A stretch of 46,344 nt of DNA from an uncultured bacterium (GTDB lineage Bacteria; Hydrothermota; Tepidihabitantia; Tepidihabitantales; Tepidihabitantaceae): positions 1 through 46,344 of the forward strand of contig CAZAKP010000002.1 in the NCBI GenBank assembly GCA_964485845.1, given 5' to 3'. Positions 7,914 to 17,534 of this stretch are shown here, piece after piece (positions within the stretch are counted from its first letter, which is position 1; each line of letters begins with the position of its first letter). The notes below the pieces were generated by a model that had not been told where the DNA came from, made no database searches, and was given only the letters and a program-made list of their open reading frames with translations. Made by a program: the position numbers and the translations under genes.

Positions 7914-9027
7914 ACCACCCGGTTCGGTTGCTTTTGATTGAGGATAACCCGGCGGATGCCGAGCTGGTAAAGCGCGAACTCCGCAAGTCCGGCATCGACG
8001 CCGACATGGAATGGGTTCAGAACCGGGACGGATTTGTCCGGGCGCTCGCGAACCCGCCCGATGTGGTACTCGCCGACTATTCCGTTCCCGGGATGGACGG
8101 GCTGGCGGCCATGCGACTGGCGCGCGAGCGGACGCCCGATGTCCCGGTCGTCATGGTCTCGGGCGCCATCGGCGAGGAATTCGCGATTGAGACGCTGAAG
8201 AGCGGGGCCACCGACTACGTCCTGAAACAGCGGCTGAGCCGGCTGGGCCCGGTGGTCAGGAGGGCGCTGCAGGACTATGCGGCGGCAGTTGAACGCCGAC
8301 AGGCCGAGGACAGGCTGCGGAAGACGATGGAGGAACTAAAGCGCTCGAACGAGGAGCTGGAGCAGTTCGCCTACGTCGCGTCGCACGACCTGCAGGAGCC
8401 GCTCCGAATGGTAAGCAACTATGTTGAGCTCCTGGGCCAGCGCTATCGGGGCCGGCTCGACGAGAAAGCCGACAAGTACATCGACTACGCCGCCGGCGGA
8501 GCGAAGCGAATGCAGGAGCTTATCATCGACCTGCTGACGTTTTCGCGGGTGGGCCGGCGCGAAATGAAGGCGGTGGCGGTGGACCTGGACCACGTGTTCC
8601 GTCTGGCGCTCGATAACCTTGAGGCCACCGTCGATGAAGCCGGTGCTGAAGTCACGTCGAGCACGCTGCCGACCGTCGTCGGGGACGAGCTGGCCCTCGT
8701 GCAGTTGTTCCAGAACCTGATTGACAACGGCATCAAGTTCCGCAGCAAAGAACCGCCGGCGGTGAGAGTGGAAGCGGAGACGCGGGGACGGGGTTCGTCA
8801 CTATCCGCGTTTCCGACAACGGCATCGGCATCGAGCCGCGCCACGCCGAACGGGTCTTTCGGGTGTTCCAGCGCCTGCATACGACCGAGGAGTATCCCGG
8901 TACGGGCATCGGTCTCGCGGTCTGTAAGCGCGTCGTCGAGCGCCACGGCGGGCGCATCTGGGTGGAGTCCGGGCCGGGCAAGGGCGCCACGTTTCTGTTC
9001 ACGCTGCCGGAGGCGGAGCACGCATGA
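7910..9027 (+). pseudogene. Receiver/histidine-kinase hybrid, frameshifted within the 8-nt repeat at ~8771-8789
   Basis: The N-terminal receiver reads LLLIEDNPADAEL ... VVLADYSVPGMDG, followed by the H-box FAYVASHDLQEPLRMV. After [11 protein letters not shown] the ORF-track frame (7910..9106) reads nonsense (SSLSAFPTT). The -1 frame instead encodes [22 protein letters not shown] ... [42 protein letters not shown] and stops at 9027. It has 2 repeat units against 7 in the paralog, a 40-nt difference. Confidence 0.6.
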
Positions 9028-9105
9028 GCGGGCGGCCCAGGTTACAGTGGCAGGCATCTACCGGTGCCCGAGCCCGGTCGAAAGAATAGAGAGTGAGGTG
9101 AATTG

Positions 9106-9570
9106 ATGGAAGACAGGCAGAAAGGTGCCCCGATTGAGATATTGCTGGTTGAGGACAATCCCGGCGACAGCGACCTGATCCTTGAGTTCCTCGAGAGCGC
9201 GCGGGTAACGAATCACGTCACCGTGGTCCGCGACGGCGAGGAGGCGATGGATTTCCTGCGCTGCCGGGGCCGCTTCGCCGGCGCCGTTCGCCCCGACCTG
9301 ATTCTGCTCGACCTGAACCTGCCGCGGAAGGACGGCCGCGAGGTGCTGGCCGACGTGAAGGCCGACCCATCGCTTGAGAGCATTCCCGTGGTCATCCTGA
9401 CGAGTTCGAGCGCCGAGACCGACATCGCCAAATCCTACAGCCTGAAAGCCAACTGCTACATCATCAAGCCGGTCGACCTCAGCCAATTCATGAACGTAGT
9501 CAAGTCGATAGAGGACTTCTGGCTTACGGTGGTCCGGCTGCCGACGCGGGGAGGAGCAAGCTGTGGCTGA
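9106..9570 (+). CDS. Single-domain response regulator (receiver)
   Basis: The N-terminus reads [13 protein letters not shown], with [17 protein letters not shown] and VVILTSS ... CYIIKP following. ATG 9106 is chosen; the ORF track begins at TTG 9103. Confidence 0.8.
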   Translation: MEDRQKGAPIEILLVEDNPGDSDLILEFLESARVTNHVTVVRDGEEAMDFLRCRGRFAGAVRPDLILLDLNLPRKDGREVLADVKADPSLESIPVVILTSSSAETDIAKSYSLKANCYIIKPVDLSQFMNVVKSIEDFWLTVVRLPTRGGASCG

Positions 9571-11023
9571 AGAACGAATCCAGCTTCTTTTGGTCGAGGA
9601 CAACTCCGGCGACGCGGACCTGGTTCGGGAGATGCTCGGCATGGCCGACGGCACGCGGTTCGACCTGTCGCGCGCGAGCCGGCTTTCCGAAGGGCTGACG
9701 CTCCTGGGTGCGGGCAAATACGATGCCGTGTTGCTCGACCTCGGGCTCCCGGACAGCTCCGGGCTCGATACCTTCTACGCGCTGCACGCGGCCGTGCCCT
9801 GGATTCCGGTGGTCGTCCTCACCGGCATGTCCGACTGGGAGACCGGCATCCACGCGGTGGCCGCCGGCGCCCAGGACTACCTCGTCAAGGGCTCGGTCGA
9901 CGGCGAAACGCTCGTCCGCCGCATCCGGTATTCGGTCGAGCGCAAGCGTGCCGAGCGCACCATCGCCGACGTGCGCGAACGCGGCCGGGAGATGGCCGAA
10001 CTCGTCATCTCCGCCAGCCGCGAGCGGGCGCTGCCCGGCCTGGTTTACGACGGCATGATAAGCTGCAATCCCCAGATGCTCGCGAACCTGGGTGTGGTGA
10101 GAAAGGTGGCCGACACCAACGTCCCGGTTCTCATCCGCGGCGAGAGCGGCACCGGCAAAGAGCTGGTGGCGCGGGCGCTTCATCAGTCCGGCCGGCGGAA
10201 GGAGATGCCGTTCATCGTCGTCAACTGCGCCGCGGTACCCGAGACTCTGCTGGAGGCCGAGCTCTTCGGCATCCACAAAGGGGTCGCCACCGGCGTCTCC
10301 GAACGCCGGGGCAAATTCGAAATCGCGAACGGTGGCACCCTGTTCCTCGACGAAATCGGCGACATGAGCCCGGCGCTGCAGGCCAAGCTGCTCAGGGTGC
10401 TGCAGGACAGCCTGGTTGAACGGGTCGGCGGCCACATCCCGGTGAAAGTGGACGTCCGGGTGATTGCGGCCACCAACCAGGACCTGCATCAGCGGATAGT
10501 TGCCGGCGCGTTCCGTAAGGACCTGTACTACCGGCTTAACGCCGTTGAGCTGGCCCTGCCGCCGCTGCGCGGCCGTACCGACGACATCCGGGAGCTGATT
10601 ACCTACTTCATCCGGAAGTTCAACGCCGAGTTCAACCGGGAGATTGGCGGAGCGGACCCGGAAGTCGTCCGGCACCTGGTCGCCCACGACTGGCCGGGCA
10701 ACATCCGCCAGCTCGAGCATGTTGTCAAGCGGGCGGTGGTCATGGCCGAGGGAAGCGCCATCCGGCTTCAGGACCTGCCCGAAGAATTCAAGACCGGAGT
10801 TGCGACGGCCAACGGCCAGGAACCCACCGGCCAGTTGCGGCACGTCCGGTCGTCAATCGAGGCCGAAGTGGGAGCCGACGTGGAGAAGCGGCTGCTGCTG
10901 GACTACATGGAGAAAGCGAACTGGAACGCTACCCAGGCAGCCAAGCTGGCCGGATACAGCCGCATGCACATTTACCGCCTGTTGCGCAGGCACGGCATTA
11001 CCCGGCCCAAACGTCAGAAGTAG
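9563..11023 (+). CDS. Sigma54-dependent Fis-family transcriptional activator (receiver + AAA+ sigma54-interaction domain + C-terminal HTH)
   Basis: Walker A reads [15 protein letters not shown], and the [16 protein letters not shown] motif is present. The receiver N-terminus reads [13 protein letters not shown]. The C-terminal HTH reads [32 protein letters not shown] precedes GTG 9563. Confidence 0.85.
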   Translation: MAEERIQLLLVEDNSGDADLVREMLGMADGTRFDLSRASRLSEGLTLLGAGKYDAVLLDLGLPDSSGLDTFYALHAAVPWIPVVVLTGMSDWETGIHAVAAGAQDYLVKGSVDGETLVRRIRYSVERKRAERTIADVRERGREMAELVISASRERALPGLVYDGMISCNPQMLANLGVVRKVADTNVPVLIRGESGTGKELVARALHQSGRRKEMPFIVVNCAAVPETLLEAELFGIHKGVATGVSERRGKFEIANGGTLFLDEIGDMSPALQAKLLRVLQDSLVERVGGHIPVKVDVRVIAATNQDLHQRIVAGAFRKDLYYRLNAVELALPPLRGRTDDIRELITYFIRKFNAEFNREIGGADPEVVRHLVAHDWPGNIRQLEHVVKRAVVMAEGSAIRLQDLPEEFKTGVATANGQEPTGQLRHVRSSIEAEVGADVEKRLLLDYMEKANWNATQAAKLAGYSRMHIYRLLRRHGITRPKRQK

Positions 11024-11203
11024 CTCCCGCCGTCGAGGTTCCGGGGTGACCATTGCGCGCGCATGGCCGCACCGCCGTCGCCGTCCGGGTTACGAACAGT
11101 AGGCCGTAGCCCGGTCTGTTACGCTTCAATCGAGCCCGTGTCAATTTGAGATGCCGCCGGCGCGGCCAGGGCTGATGGGTCACGGAATGAACATTGCACC
11201 GGG

Positions 11204-11803
11204 ATGGCCATGAAGAAAACCATCTTGTCCGCTCTGCTCGCGGCGACGGCCGCGTTCTTTTTGGCCCGGTGCAACCAGGACCTGGCCGAATTCACGGGCG
11301 ACGGGGCGAGGATTGCGTCCAACCCGAACTACGGCCACTGGGGAGCGCTGGACAGCAACGGCTACAGTGTCCAGCAGGCGCTCGTCTACGCCATTCAAGA
11401 CGAGCACCATGCCCAGGCCGAGTACCAGTACGTGAACGATAAGTTCAACGACCCTGCGCCTTTCCGCGGCATCGTCCGCTCGGAGGGAATGCACATTTCG
11501 GCGCTGGAGAACCTCTTCAAGCAGCAGGGTTGGCCGGTCCCGGCGAATGAGGGCAAAAGATACATCATCGAAGTCAACACTCTGCGCGAGGCATACCAGG
11601 TAGGCGTAACCGCCGAAATCGACAACATCGCGATGTACGACAAGTTCCTCGCTCGCACTGACCTCCCGTCGAGTTTCCGGAGCGTCTTTACTAATCTTAG
11701 AGACGCGTCGGTCATGCACCAGAGTGCGTTTCAGCGGCACCTGGACGGCGGCGGTGGCGGTGGCGGCGGACGGGGCGGACGCGGCGGAAGAGGCAGACCC
11801 TAG
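11204..11803 (+). CDS. Ferritin-like DUF2202-family lipoprotein with a C-terminal Gly/Arg-rich tail
   Basis: The signal peptide has a lipobox-like LARC. Two DUF2202-like half motifs are present (LVYAIQDEHHAQAEYQY and NLRDASVMHQSAFQRH). The tail reads GGGGGGGRGGRGGRGRP. Confidence 0.5.
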   Translation: MAMKKTILSALLAATAAFFLARCNQDLAEFTGDGARIASNPNYGHWGALDSNGYSVQQALVYAIQDEHHAQAEYQYVNDKFNDPAPFRGIVRSEGMHISALENLFKQQGWPVPANEGKRYIIEVNTLREAYQVGVTAEIDNIAMYDKFLARTDLPSSFRSVFTNLRDASVMHQSAFQRHLDGGGGGGGGRGGRGGRGRP

Positions 11804-11843
11804 CGACTGCTTTTCGCTCACGATCTTGCCTAAGTGAAACAAA

Positions 11844-11872
11844 GGGGCAGGTTCACACCTGCCCCTTTACTT
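11844..11872 (+). terminator. Rho-independent terminator
   Basis: GGGGCAGGT tcac ACCTGCCCC is followed by TTTACTT. Confidence 0.6.
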
Positions 11873-12159
11873 CCGCAGCTCAGGGCGGACGATTCCGGAG
11901 TCTTGGGTCACATGTACGCCGCAGCCTCGCCCGGGGTGACTGTCACGCCGGGAGTTACATAGCCACTGTCAACGCTGTATTGTCTTCCTGTGGCAGGGGC
12001 AGCCCTTTGAGCGCCGGCAGGGCACGGGAACATTTCGTGCATACCGTCGACGTGGCAGATAGTACAGACTGTGTATTATCCTGCCGGCTGGTTACAGCCA
12101 GCGCGCCGAAGAGCCACAAATGACCCCGCGGGCCGCAATGGGCCGCAGGGAAGGGAGGA

Positions 12160-14115
12160 ATGATGCGGAAGCTCTGTTTGCCGGCGCTCGTGCTTGTCGC
12201 GTGCGTCTTCAGTCTGAGATTGGCTGCGGCCCAGGGTATGCTCGACCCGACGCAGCTCACGAAGTTCATTGACCCGCTGCCGATTCCGGCCGTGGTCCAG
12301 CCGACCGGGGTCTTTTCCGGCACGCCGTATTATGACGTGACGCTTGACCAGATGAACCAGCAGCTTCACAGCCAGCTCGCTCCGACCCCGGTCTGGGGCT
12401 ATAACCAGAGCTACCCGGGTCCGTCGTTCGTAGTCAGGAGCGGGCAGCCGGTGACCGTCAAGTTCACGAGCAACCTGCCGACCGAGCATCTGCTCGTGGT
12501 GGATACGAGCATCATGGGCGCGGAGCCGCCTAACCCGGAGGTGCGGACGGTGATACACCTGCACGGTGGCTCGGTCCCGCCCGAGTACGATGGCTGGCCG
12601 GAGGATTGGTTCGTGCCGGGCGGTTCGCAGACCTGCGAGTATCCGAACGGCCAGGACGCGGCCACGCTCTGGTACCATGACCACGCCATGGGCATCACGC
12701 GACTGAACACGATTGCCGGGTTCGCCGGTTTCTACATCGTCACGGACCCGGTCGACAGTGCCCTGAATCTGCCTTCGGGTCCGTACGATATCGGGCTCGC
12801 GCTGCAGGACCGCAAGTTTTACGACGACGGCTCGCTCTACTATCCGGCCCAGTGGACGATGACGTTCTACGGGGACGTCGCGCTGGTCAACGGCAAAATC
12901 TGGCCGCGGCTTGAGGTGGAACCGCGCAAGTATCGTTTCCGTTTCCTCGAAGGTTCAACCTGCCGTTATTACGACCTGAAGCTGCTTGAGTCCGATTCGC
13001 TCGGCCACGTGCAGGGCGACTCAGTTGGCGGCCCGGCGTTCAACGTCATCGCCTCGGACCAGGGCCTGCTCGAGCACCCGGTGAAACTGAACGACCCGCT
13101 CGACCCGGCGTCGCGGCGCCTGTCGATGGCTCCGGGCGAGCGCTACGATGTGGTGATAGACTTTGCCGGCCTCGAGGGCAGGGATTACCTGCTCCATAAC
13201 GACGCCCCGGCCGGCGGGTGCTGCGGTGGCCGCCGCGGCGGCGGGATGCGCGATTCGAGCGACCTGCCCGAAATCATGCTCTTCCACGTCAAGGATACGA
13301 CGGTGACCGACCCGAGCTCGCTGCCGGGCTTCCTGCGCTCGGTGCCGCGAACGCCCGAGTCGCTCGCGGTCCAAACCCGCGATATCACGCTTGGCATGCA
13401 GATGATGGGCCACGGCCGGATGATGATGTTACTCAACGACATGATGTGGGATGACCCGGTGATGGAGATGCCGATGCTGGGCTCGACCGAGATTTGGCGG
13501 ATGATAAACCTCACCTCCAGTTATCACCCGATGCACCTCCACCTCGTCAAGTTCCAGGTGCTCGACCGCCGGCCGTTTGACATGATGGAGTATCGCCGCA
13601 GCGGCCAGATCGTCTACACCGGCCCGGCCGAGGACCCGAGTCCGGAGGAGATGGGCTGGAAGGACACCTACATCTGCCCGCCCGGCTACGTCTCGCGGCT
13701 CATCACGACGTTTGAGCCATACTCCGGCATGTACGTCTATCACTGTCACATGCTGGAGCACGAGGACAATGCCATGATGCGGCCCTATGAGGTGATGGAC
13801 GACGCCGGTCTCGCGCGCGACGGCTTGCGACCGGTCGCCGAACCATTGCTTGGCCGGATTACACCGAGCCCGGCGCGCCGGCAGATGACGGTCGAGTTCG
13901 CGCTGCCCGGCTGCGGGCAGGCCCGGCTGGCCGTGTACAACTCGCTGGGTGCGCAAGTCAGGACCCTGGCCGCGGGTGAATTCGCGGCCGGGTCGCACCG
14001 CGCCGACTGGGACGCCACCGACGACGCCGGTGTTCGGGTCGCGGCCGGCACCTACTTCTGCAGGTTGACGACGACTGATGCCGTCAGGATACGTAAAGTG
14101 ACCCTCCTTCGTTAG
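12160..14115 (+). CDS. Multicopper oxidase (CotA/CueO-like, three cupredoxin domains) with Met-rich inserts and a T9SS-type C-terminal sorting domain
   Basis: A signal peptide is present. The copper ligand motifs are HLHGG, WYHDHAMGITR, HPMHLHLVKF and HCHMLEHEDNAMM. Met-rich segments read GMQMMGHGRMMMLLNDMMWDDPVMEMPMLG, and GGCCGGRRGGGM is also present. The C-terminal beta-sandwich tail reads GTYFCRLTT ... VRIRKVTLLR. RBS GGGAGGA precedes ATG 12160. Confidence 0.85.
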   Translation: MMRKLCLPALVLVACVFSLRLAAAQGMLDPTQLTKFIDPLPIPAVVQPTGVFSGTPYYDVTLDQMNQQLHSQLAPTPVWGYNQSYPGPSFVVRSGQPVTVKFTSNLPTEHLLVVDTSIMGAEPPNPEVRTVIHLHGGSVPPEYDGWPEDWFVPGGSQTCEYPNGQDAATLWYHDHAMGITRLNTIAGFAGFYIVTDPVDSALNLPSGPYDIGLALQDRKFYDDGSLYYPAQWTMTFYGDVALVNGKIWPRLEVEPRKYRFRFLEGSTCRYYDLKLLESDSLGHVQGDSVGGPAFNVIASDQGLLEHPVKLNDPLDPASRRLSMAPGERYDVVIDFAGLEGRDYLLHNDAPAGGCCGGRRGGGMRDSSDLPEIMLFHVKDTTVTDPSSLPGFLRSVPRTPESLAVQTRDITLGMQMMGHGRMMMLLNDMMWDDPVMEMPMLGSTEIWRMINLTSSYHPMHLHLVKFQVLDRRPFDMMEYRRSGQIVYTGPAEDPSPEEMGWKDTYICPPGYVSRLITTFEPYSGMYVYHCHMLEHEDNAMMRPYEVMDDAGLARDGLRPVAEPLLGRITPSPARRQMTVEFALPGCGQARLAVYNSLGAQVRTLAAGEFAAGSHRADWDATDDAGVRVAAGTYFCRLTTTDAVRIRKVTLLR

Positions 14116-14134
14116 TCGCGCATGACCCCCAAAA

Positions 14135-14160
14135 GGGACGGGCTTCGGCCCGTCCCTTTG
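14135..14160 (+). terminator. Rho-independent terminator
   Basis: GGGACGGGC ttcg GCCCGTCCC is followed by TTTG. The same stem sequence recurs downstream of the paralogous oxidase at 28631-28652. Confidence 0.6.
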
Positions 14161-14241
14161 CCATTCGGACGCGCGCACGGCCGGCGGCCCCAGCGGGGCG
14201 TGCGACCTGCGGCCTGGCATGAAGGATGCAGCTCCTGCAGT

Positions 14242-14886
14242 ATGGAACTTCGTATGACCATGAGCAGGCTCGCGCTGGCATTCGTCCTGGTCGGCTTACT
14301 GGGGCCGGGCGCAAGGGCCCAGAACGAGCAATGGCTGAGGTCGGACGCGACCCTGGAGGCGCGGATGCGGGAATTCTGGGATGCGCAGGTTACCTGGACG
14401 CGGCTCTATGTGGTAAGCGCGCTCGGCGACCTGCCCGACACGAATAACGTCAGGGCGCGCCTGTTTCGCTGCCCGACTGACTTCCAGAACGCGGTCGGTC
14501 CTTACTACGGAAAGCAGGTGGCCCAGGACTTCTCGACTGAATTGGGCCGTCACCTGAACACGCTGGTGGACGTCGTTCGCGCTACCAAGCAGGGCGACGC
14601 GCCGGCCCTGGCCGGACTCCAGTTGCGCTGGCGGGCCGATGCCGAGTCGACGGCTGAGGGCCTTGGCCGCATCAACCCGGCCTGGGCGTCGCCGGCCTTT
14701 CGCGAGCTATTGGACGTGTACTTCCAGTTGACCAACCGGGAGGTCGCCCTGCGCGCCCGGCGCGACTTCGGCGCGGACATCGCCAACTTCGGCGAGGCGC
14801 ACGAGCTCGCCCTGCAATTGGGCGATGTGATGGCCCGGGGCATTCTCAGCCAGTTCCCGCCGCGGCCGGCTCCGGGCGGCAACTGA
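14242..14886 (+). CDS. Secreted ~200-aa protein of an uncharacterised family (paralog 1 of 3)
   Basis: A signal peptide is present. Motifs shared with 41892..42545 and 44082..44738 are R.FWDAQVTWTRLYVV, PYYG, W.A.AES and GILSQFP. Amphipathic periodicity suggests a helical bundle. Confidence 0.6.
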   Translation: MELRMTMSRLALAFVLVGLLGPGARAQNEQWLRSDATLEARMREFWDAQVTWTRLYVVSALGDLPDTNNVRARLFRCPTDFQNAVGPYYGKQVAQDFSTELGRHLNTLVDVVRATKQGDAPALAGLQLRWRADAESTAEGLGRINPAWASPAFRELLDVYFQLTNREVALRARRDFGADIANFGEAHELALQLGDVMARGILSQFPPRPAPGGN

Positions 14887-14985
14887 AAACCCATTGGGCC
14901 GGAGAGAACCGTACTCAGTTCCCTGCCCCGAACCGAGTCGCGGAACGTGACGAGGTCTGATACGACCTATTGACAGGAGGCGAAG

Positions 14986-15543
14986 ATGCCCCAAGACAAG
15001 AAGCGTGATGTAACCGAGTCGCCGACGAGCTGGTTGCCGCTCAAACGTATCCTGTGCCCGGTTGACCAGACACCGGTGAGCACGTCGGCCCCGGCCGGCG
15101 CGCAGCCGGACTGCGCCCATGGTCACGGCCCGACCGAGGCCGCGTGCCGCGCGCTGTCGGCGGCCGAGGAACTGGCCAACACCTTCTGCGGCGAGCTGCT
15201 GCTCGTCCACGTATTGCCGCCTACGCCGCTCCCGGTGCCGCCGCTGGACGGTTCGTGGACTCCGCCGTTCGACGTCGTAGCTTACGAGGCGCAGTTGCGC
15301 GAAGACTACCGGCTTTCGCTCGAGCGCCTGCGCAAAGAGCGACTCGGCGCAAAGGCCAGAGTCCGCGTGCGGGTCCTGACCGGCGACCCGGCGACCGAGA
15401 TCGTCCGCATCGCCAAAGAGGAGAAGGCCGACTTGATCGTCCTGCCGACGCATGGCCGGACCGGGCTGTCGCACGTCTTCTTCGGCTCGGTCGCGGAAAA
15501 GGTGGTTCGCCACGCCGAGTGCCCGGTGCTGACCCTGCACTAG
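14986..15543 (+). CDS. Universal stress protein (UspA family)
   Basis: The sequence reads ILCPVD ... LLLVHVL ... ADLIVLPTHGRTGLSHVFFGSVAEKVVRHAECPVLTL. RBS AGGAGG precedes ATG 14986. Confidence 0.75.
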   Translation: MPQDKKRDVTESPTSWLPLKRILCPVDQTPVSTSAPAGAQPDCAHGHGPTEAACRALSAAEELANTFCGELLLVHVLPPTPLPVPPLDGSWTPPFDVVAYEAQLREDYRLSLERLRKERLGAKARVRVRVLTGDPATEIVRIAKEEKADLIVLPTHGRTGLSHVFFGSVAEKVVRHAECPVLTLH

Positions 15544-15838
15544 GGCGACCGCGCCGCTGGCTTCTTCCGCTGCCGTCTAGCCTCAACAGTTCTGGTCGAG
15601 CACCAGGTGACTGCTGCCTTGCCGTTGCAGAACGGCCCCTGGTTCGCTCGACAGCGTCGTGAGGAGTGGCTCCGGCGAAGTGTAGCGCCGAACGTTACAC
15701 TGCCCAGGCATTTGTCAAAGCAGGTGACAGCCTGGACGGATTCCGATTCTCCGGCTGGCACTGCTGAGCGCAGCCGCGTGCATCTGCGCGGGCTGGCACG
15801 GGCTTTGCAGGATTGTCGTCTTCACGCCGGGAAGTAAC

Positions 15839-17467
15839 GTGAAATCAACGAGGTCTATCCGTAGGCTGCTGCCTGACACTGAGGGTCAGGTCCTGCTGTT
15901 CGGCGCAGCGCTGGTGGTTGTCATTCTGGCCTTCCTGCTCGTAATTCCGAATGGAACTCAGGTTGTGACTCAGAAGGTCCGCGCCCAGACCGCGGCTGAC
16001 GTTGGCGCCTTCAGCGGGGCCGTGTGGCTCGCCCGGGCGCTCAACCTGAACGCGAGCATGAACGTTGGCATCAAGAGCATATACACATGGGCGACCGTGC
16101 TCACTGTGGGGTCGGCGTTGGCGCAGGCGCTCTACGCCGACACCGCCAAGAGCGACACCGGCGCACAAGAGATGGGGCAGGCTCTGGTTACGGCGCTGTT
16201 CAATACCGCCAACCCGCCGCCGGTGGTCACCAATGTCGAGTACCCGGCTGCGATTGGCGCACTCAACACTACCATGCACTGGCTGCATGACCTGCAGGAC
16301 GACATTACCGAGAGCTTCCACGATATGGCGGCCCAGCTTGGCACGAATGAGGCCTGCGCCAACATGGGCGTCAGTTCTCCGTCTCAGACCGCCGGCGGCT
16401 GGGTACTAGTGAGGAGCGACGACACGACCGACACGACACCGCTGCTCGGAGGCGAGTCCGCGGGCGTTAGTCTGACTTACCTCGAACTGGGTCAGGTCGC
16501 TGATAGCCTGGAGAGCCTGCCCACCGGCAGTAACACCATCGGTCCCGCGGTCGGGATCATCAGGGTCGACCCGGACAGCCTCGATATCTGGGCGTACTAC
16601 GGTTTCTGGAGCCAGTACGCCTGGGTCAGGCAGGTCGTCGCCCACTACTACAAGAAGCCCGTCATCCAGGCCTTCCAGAACAAAACAACCGGGGCGATTG
16701 ACACTGCAATCGAGTACTTCGACAAGCCGGGCGGCACCAGGTACATAGCTTATCTTCAAGGCGATAGCTGGGCGACCTGGCTTAGCACCTGTGGCGAAAG
16801 CGACACTCACACACCCATCATCTGGCCGAACGGCGAATCCACCCCGCCGTACAAGAACGAGGTGTCATGGACACTGCTCAACTGCCATCCCGGGGACAAC
16901 CGGTACAAGATAGATACGGTGTGGGTAGACCGGCTCCACGTTCCCAAGGGCACCCCGGCATACGACAGTTGGAGCTTCCAGTGGCCTGATTCCGGCTATC
17001 TTCTGGACAGCCTGAAGGACGGACAATTCGTAGATACGTCGTCCATCTGGACCGAGTTCTACACGGGCGCCGATTCTACCGTAACCCACAGCTTCGACCG
17101 GGTTCCGCCCCGCCGGCCCAATCCGGACCGCGAGTTCCATGCGGTTTCGTATGTCTGGCGGCAGGGAGCTTCCACTTCACCCTACGGCCTGGGCGCACCG
17201 ATGGGTGGTAGGCTGTTTCCGCGGACGAGCGTCGCCCCGCCAAGTCCGTTGTTCACGGTGGCTCGATCGGTGCCTCATGTGGTCAAGGCCGGCGCCACCG
17301 ACTACGATTTCTACTTCACATCGGCCTGGGATGCCAGGCTCACTCCGTTCGACTCGGTCGGGGTGCTGGAGATAGCCAGCGATACGGCGAACGGCGGGTA
17401 CTACGTTCATACCCGCAGCTCCTTTGGCAACCTCGAGGACCTGCGAAAATATGTGCTGCTACCCTAG
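15839..17467 (+). CDS. TadG-like (Tad_N / TadE-G-like) putative pilus-assembly or surface protein
   Basis: The N-terminal TM helix is followed by the AQTAADVGAFSGAVWLARAL motif typical of Flp-pilus TadE/G-like N-domains. The remainder is Trp/Tyr-rich with no recognisable domain. GTG start. Confidence 0.5.
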   Translation: MKSTRSIRRLLPDTEGQVLLFGAALVVVILAFLLVIPNGTQVVTQKVRAQTAADVGAFSGAVWLARALNLNASMNVGIKSIYTWATVLTVGSALAQALYADTAKSDTGAQEMGQALVTALFNTANPPPVVTNVEYPAAIGALNTTMHWLHDLQDDITESFHDMAAQLGTNEACANMGVSSPSQTAGGWVLVRSDDTTDTTPLLGGESAGVSLTYLELGQVADSLESLPTGSNTIGPAVGIIRVDPDSLDIWAYYGFWSQYAWVRQVVAHYYKKPVIQAFQNKTTGAIDTAIEYFDKPGGTRYIAYLQGDSWATWLSTCGESDTHTPIIWPNGESTPPYKNEVSWTLLNCHPGDNRYKIDTVWVDRLHVPKGTPAYDSWSFQWPDSGYLLDSLKDGQFVDTSSIWTEFYTGADSTVTHSFDRVPPRRPNPDREFHAVSYVWRQGASTSPYGLGAPMGGRLFPRTSVAPPSPLFTVARSVPHVVKAGATDYDFYFTSAWDARLTPFDSVGVLEIASDTANGGYYVHTRSSFGNLEDLRKYVLLP

Positions 17468-17534
17468 CCGGCGACCGAAGCCGCGGTCCTCCGGCTTTCG
17501 CCTTCCGTCCTTTCGTGATGACCGGGGAGTGGCG

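Noticed and set aside
12059-12078. CopY-type cop box (TACAnnTGTA) upstream of the first multicopper oxidase
   Set aside because: The sequence is TACA-N5-TGTA (TACAGACTGTGTA). The spacing does not fit the cop-box consensus. It is kept only as a generic dyad within the oxidase finding.
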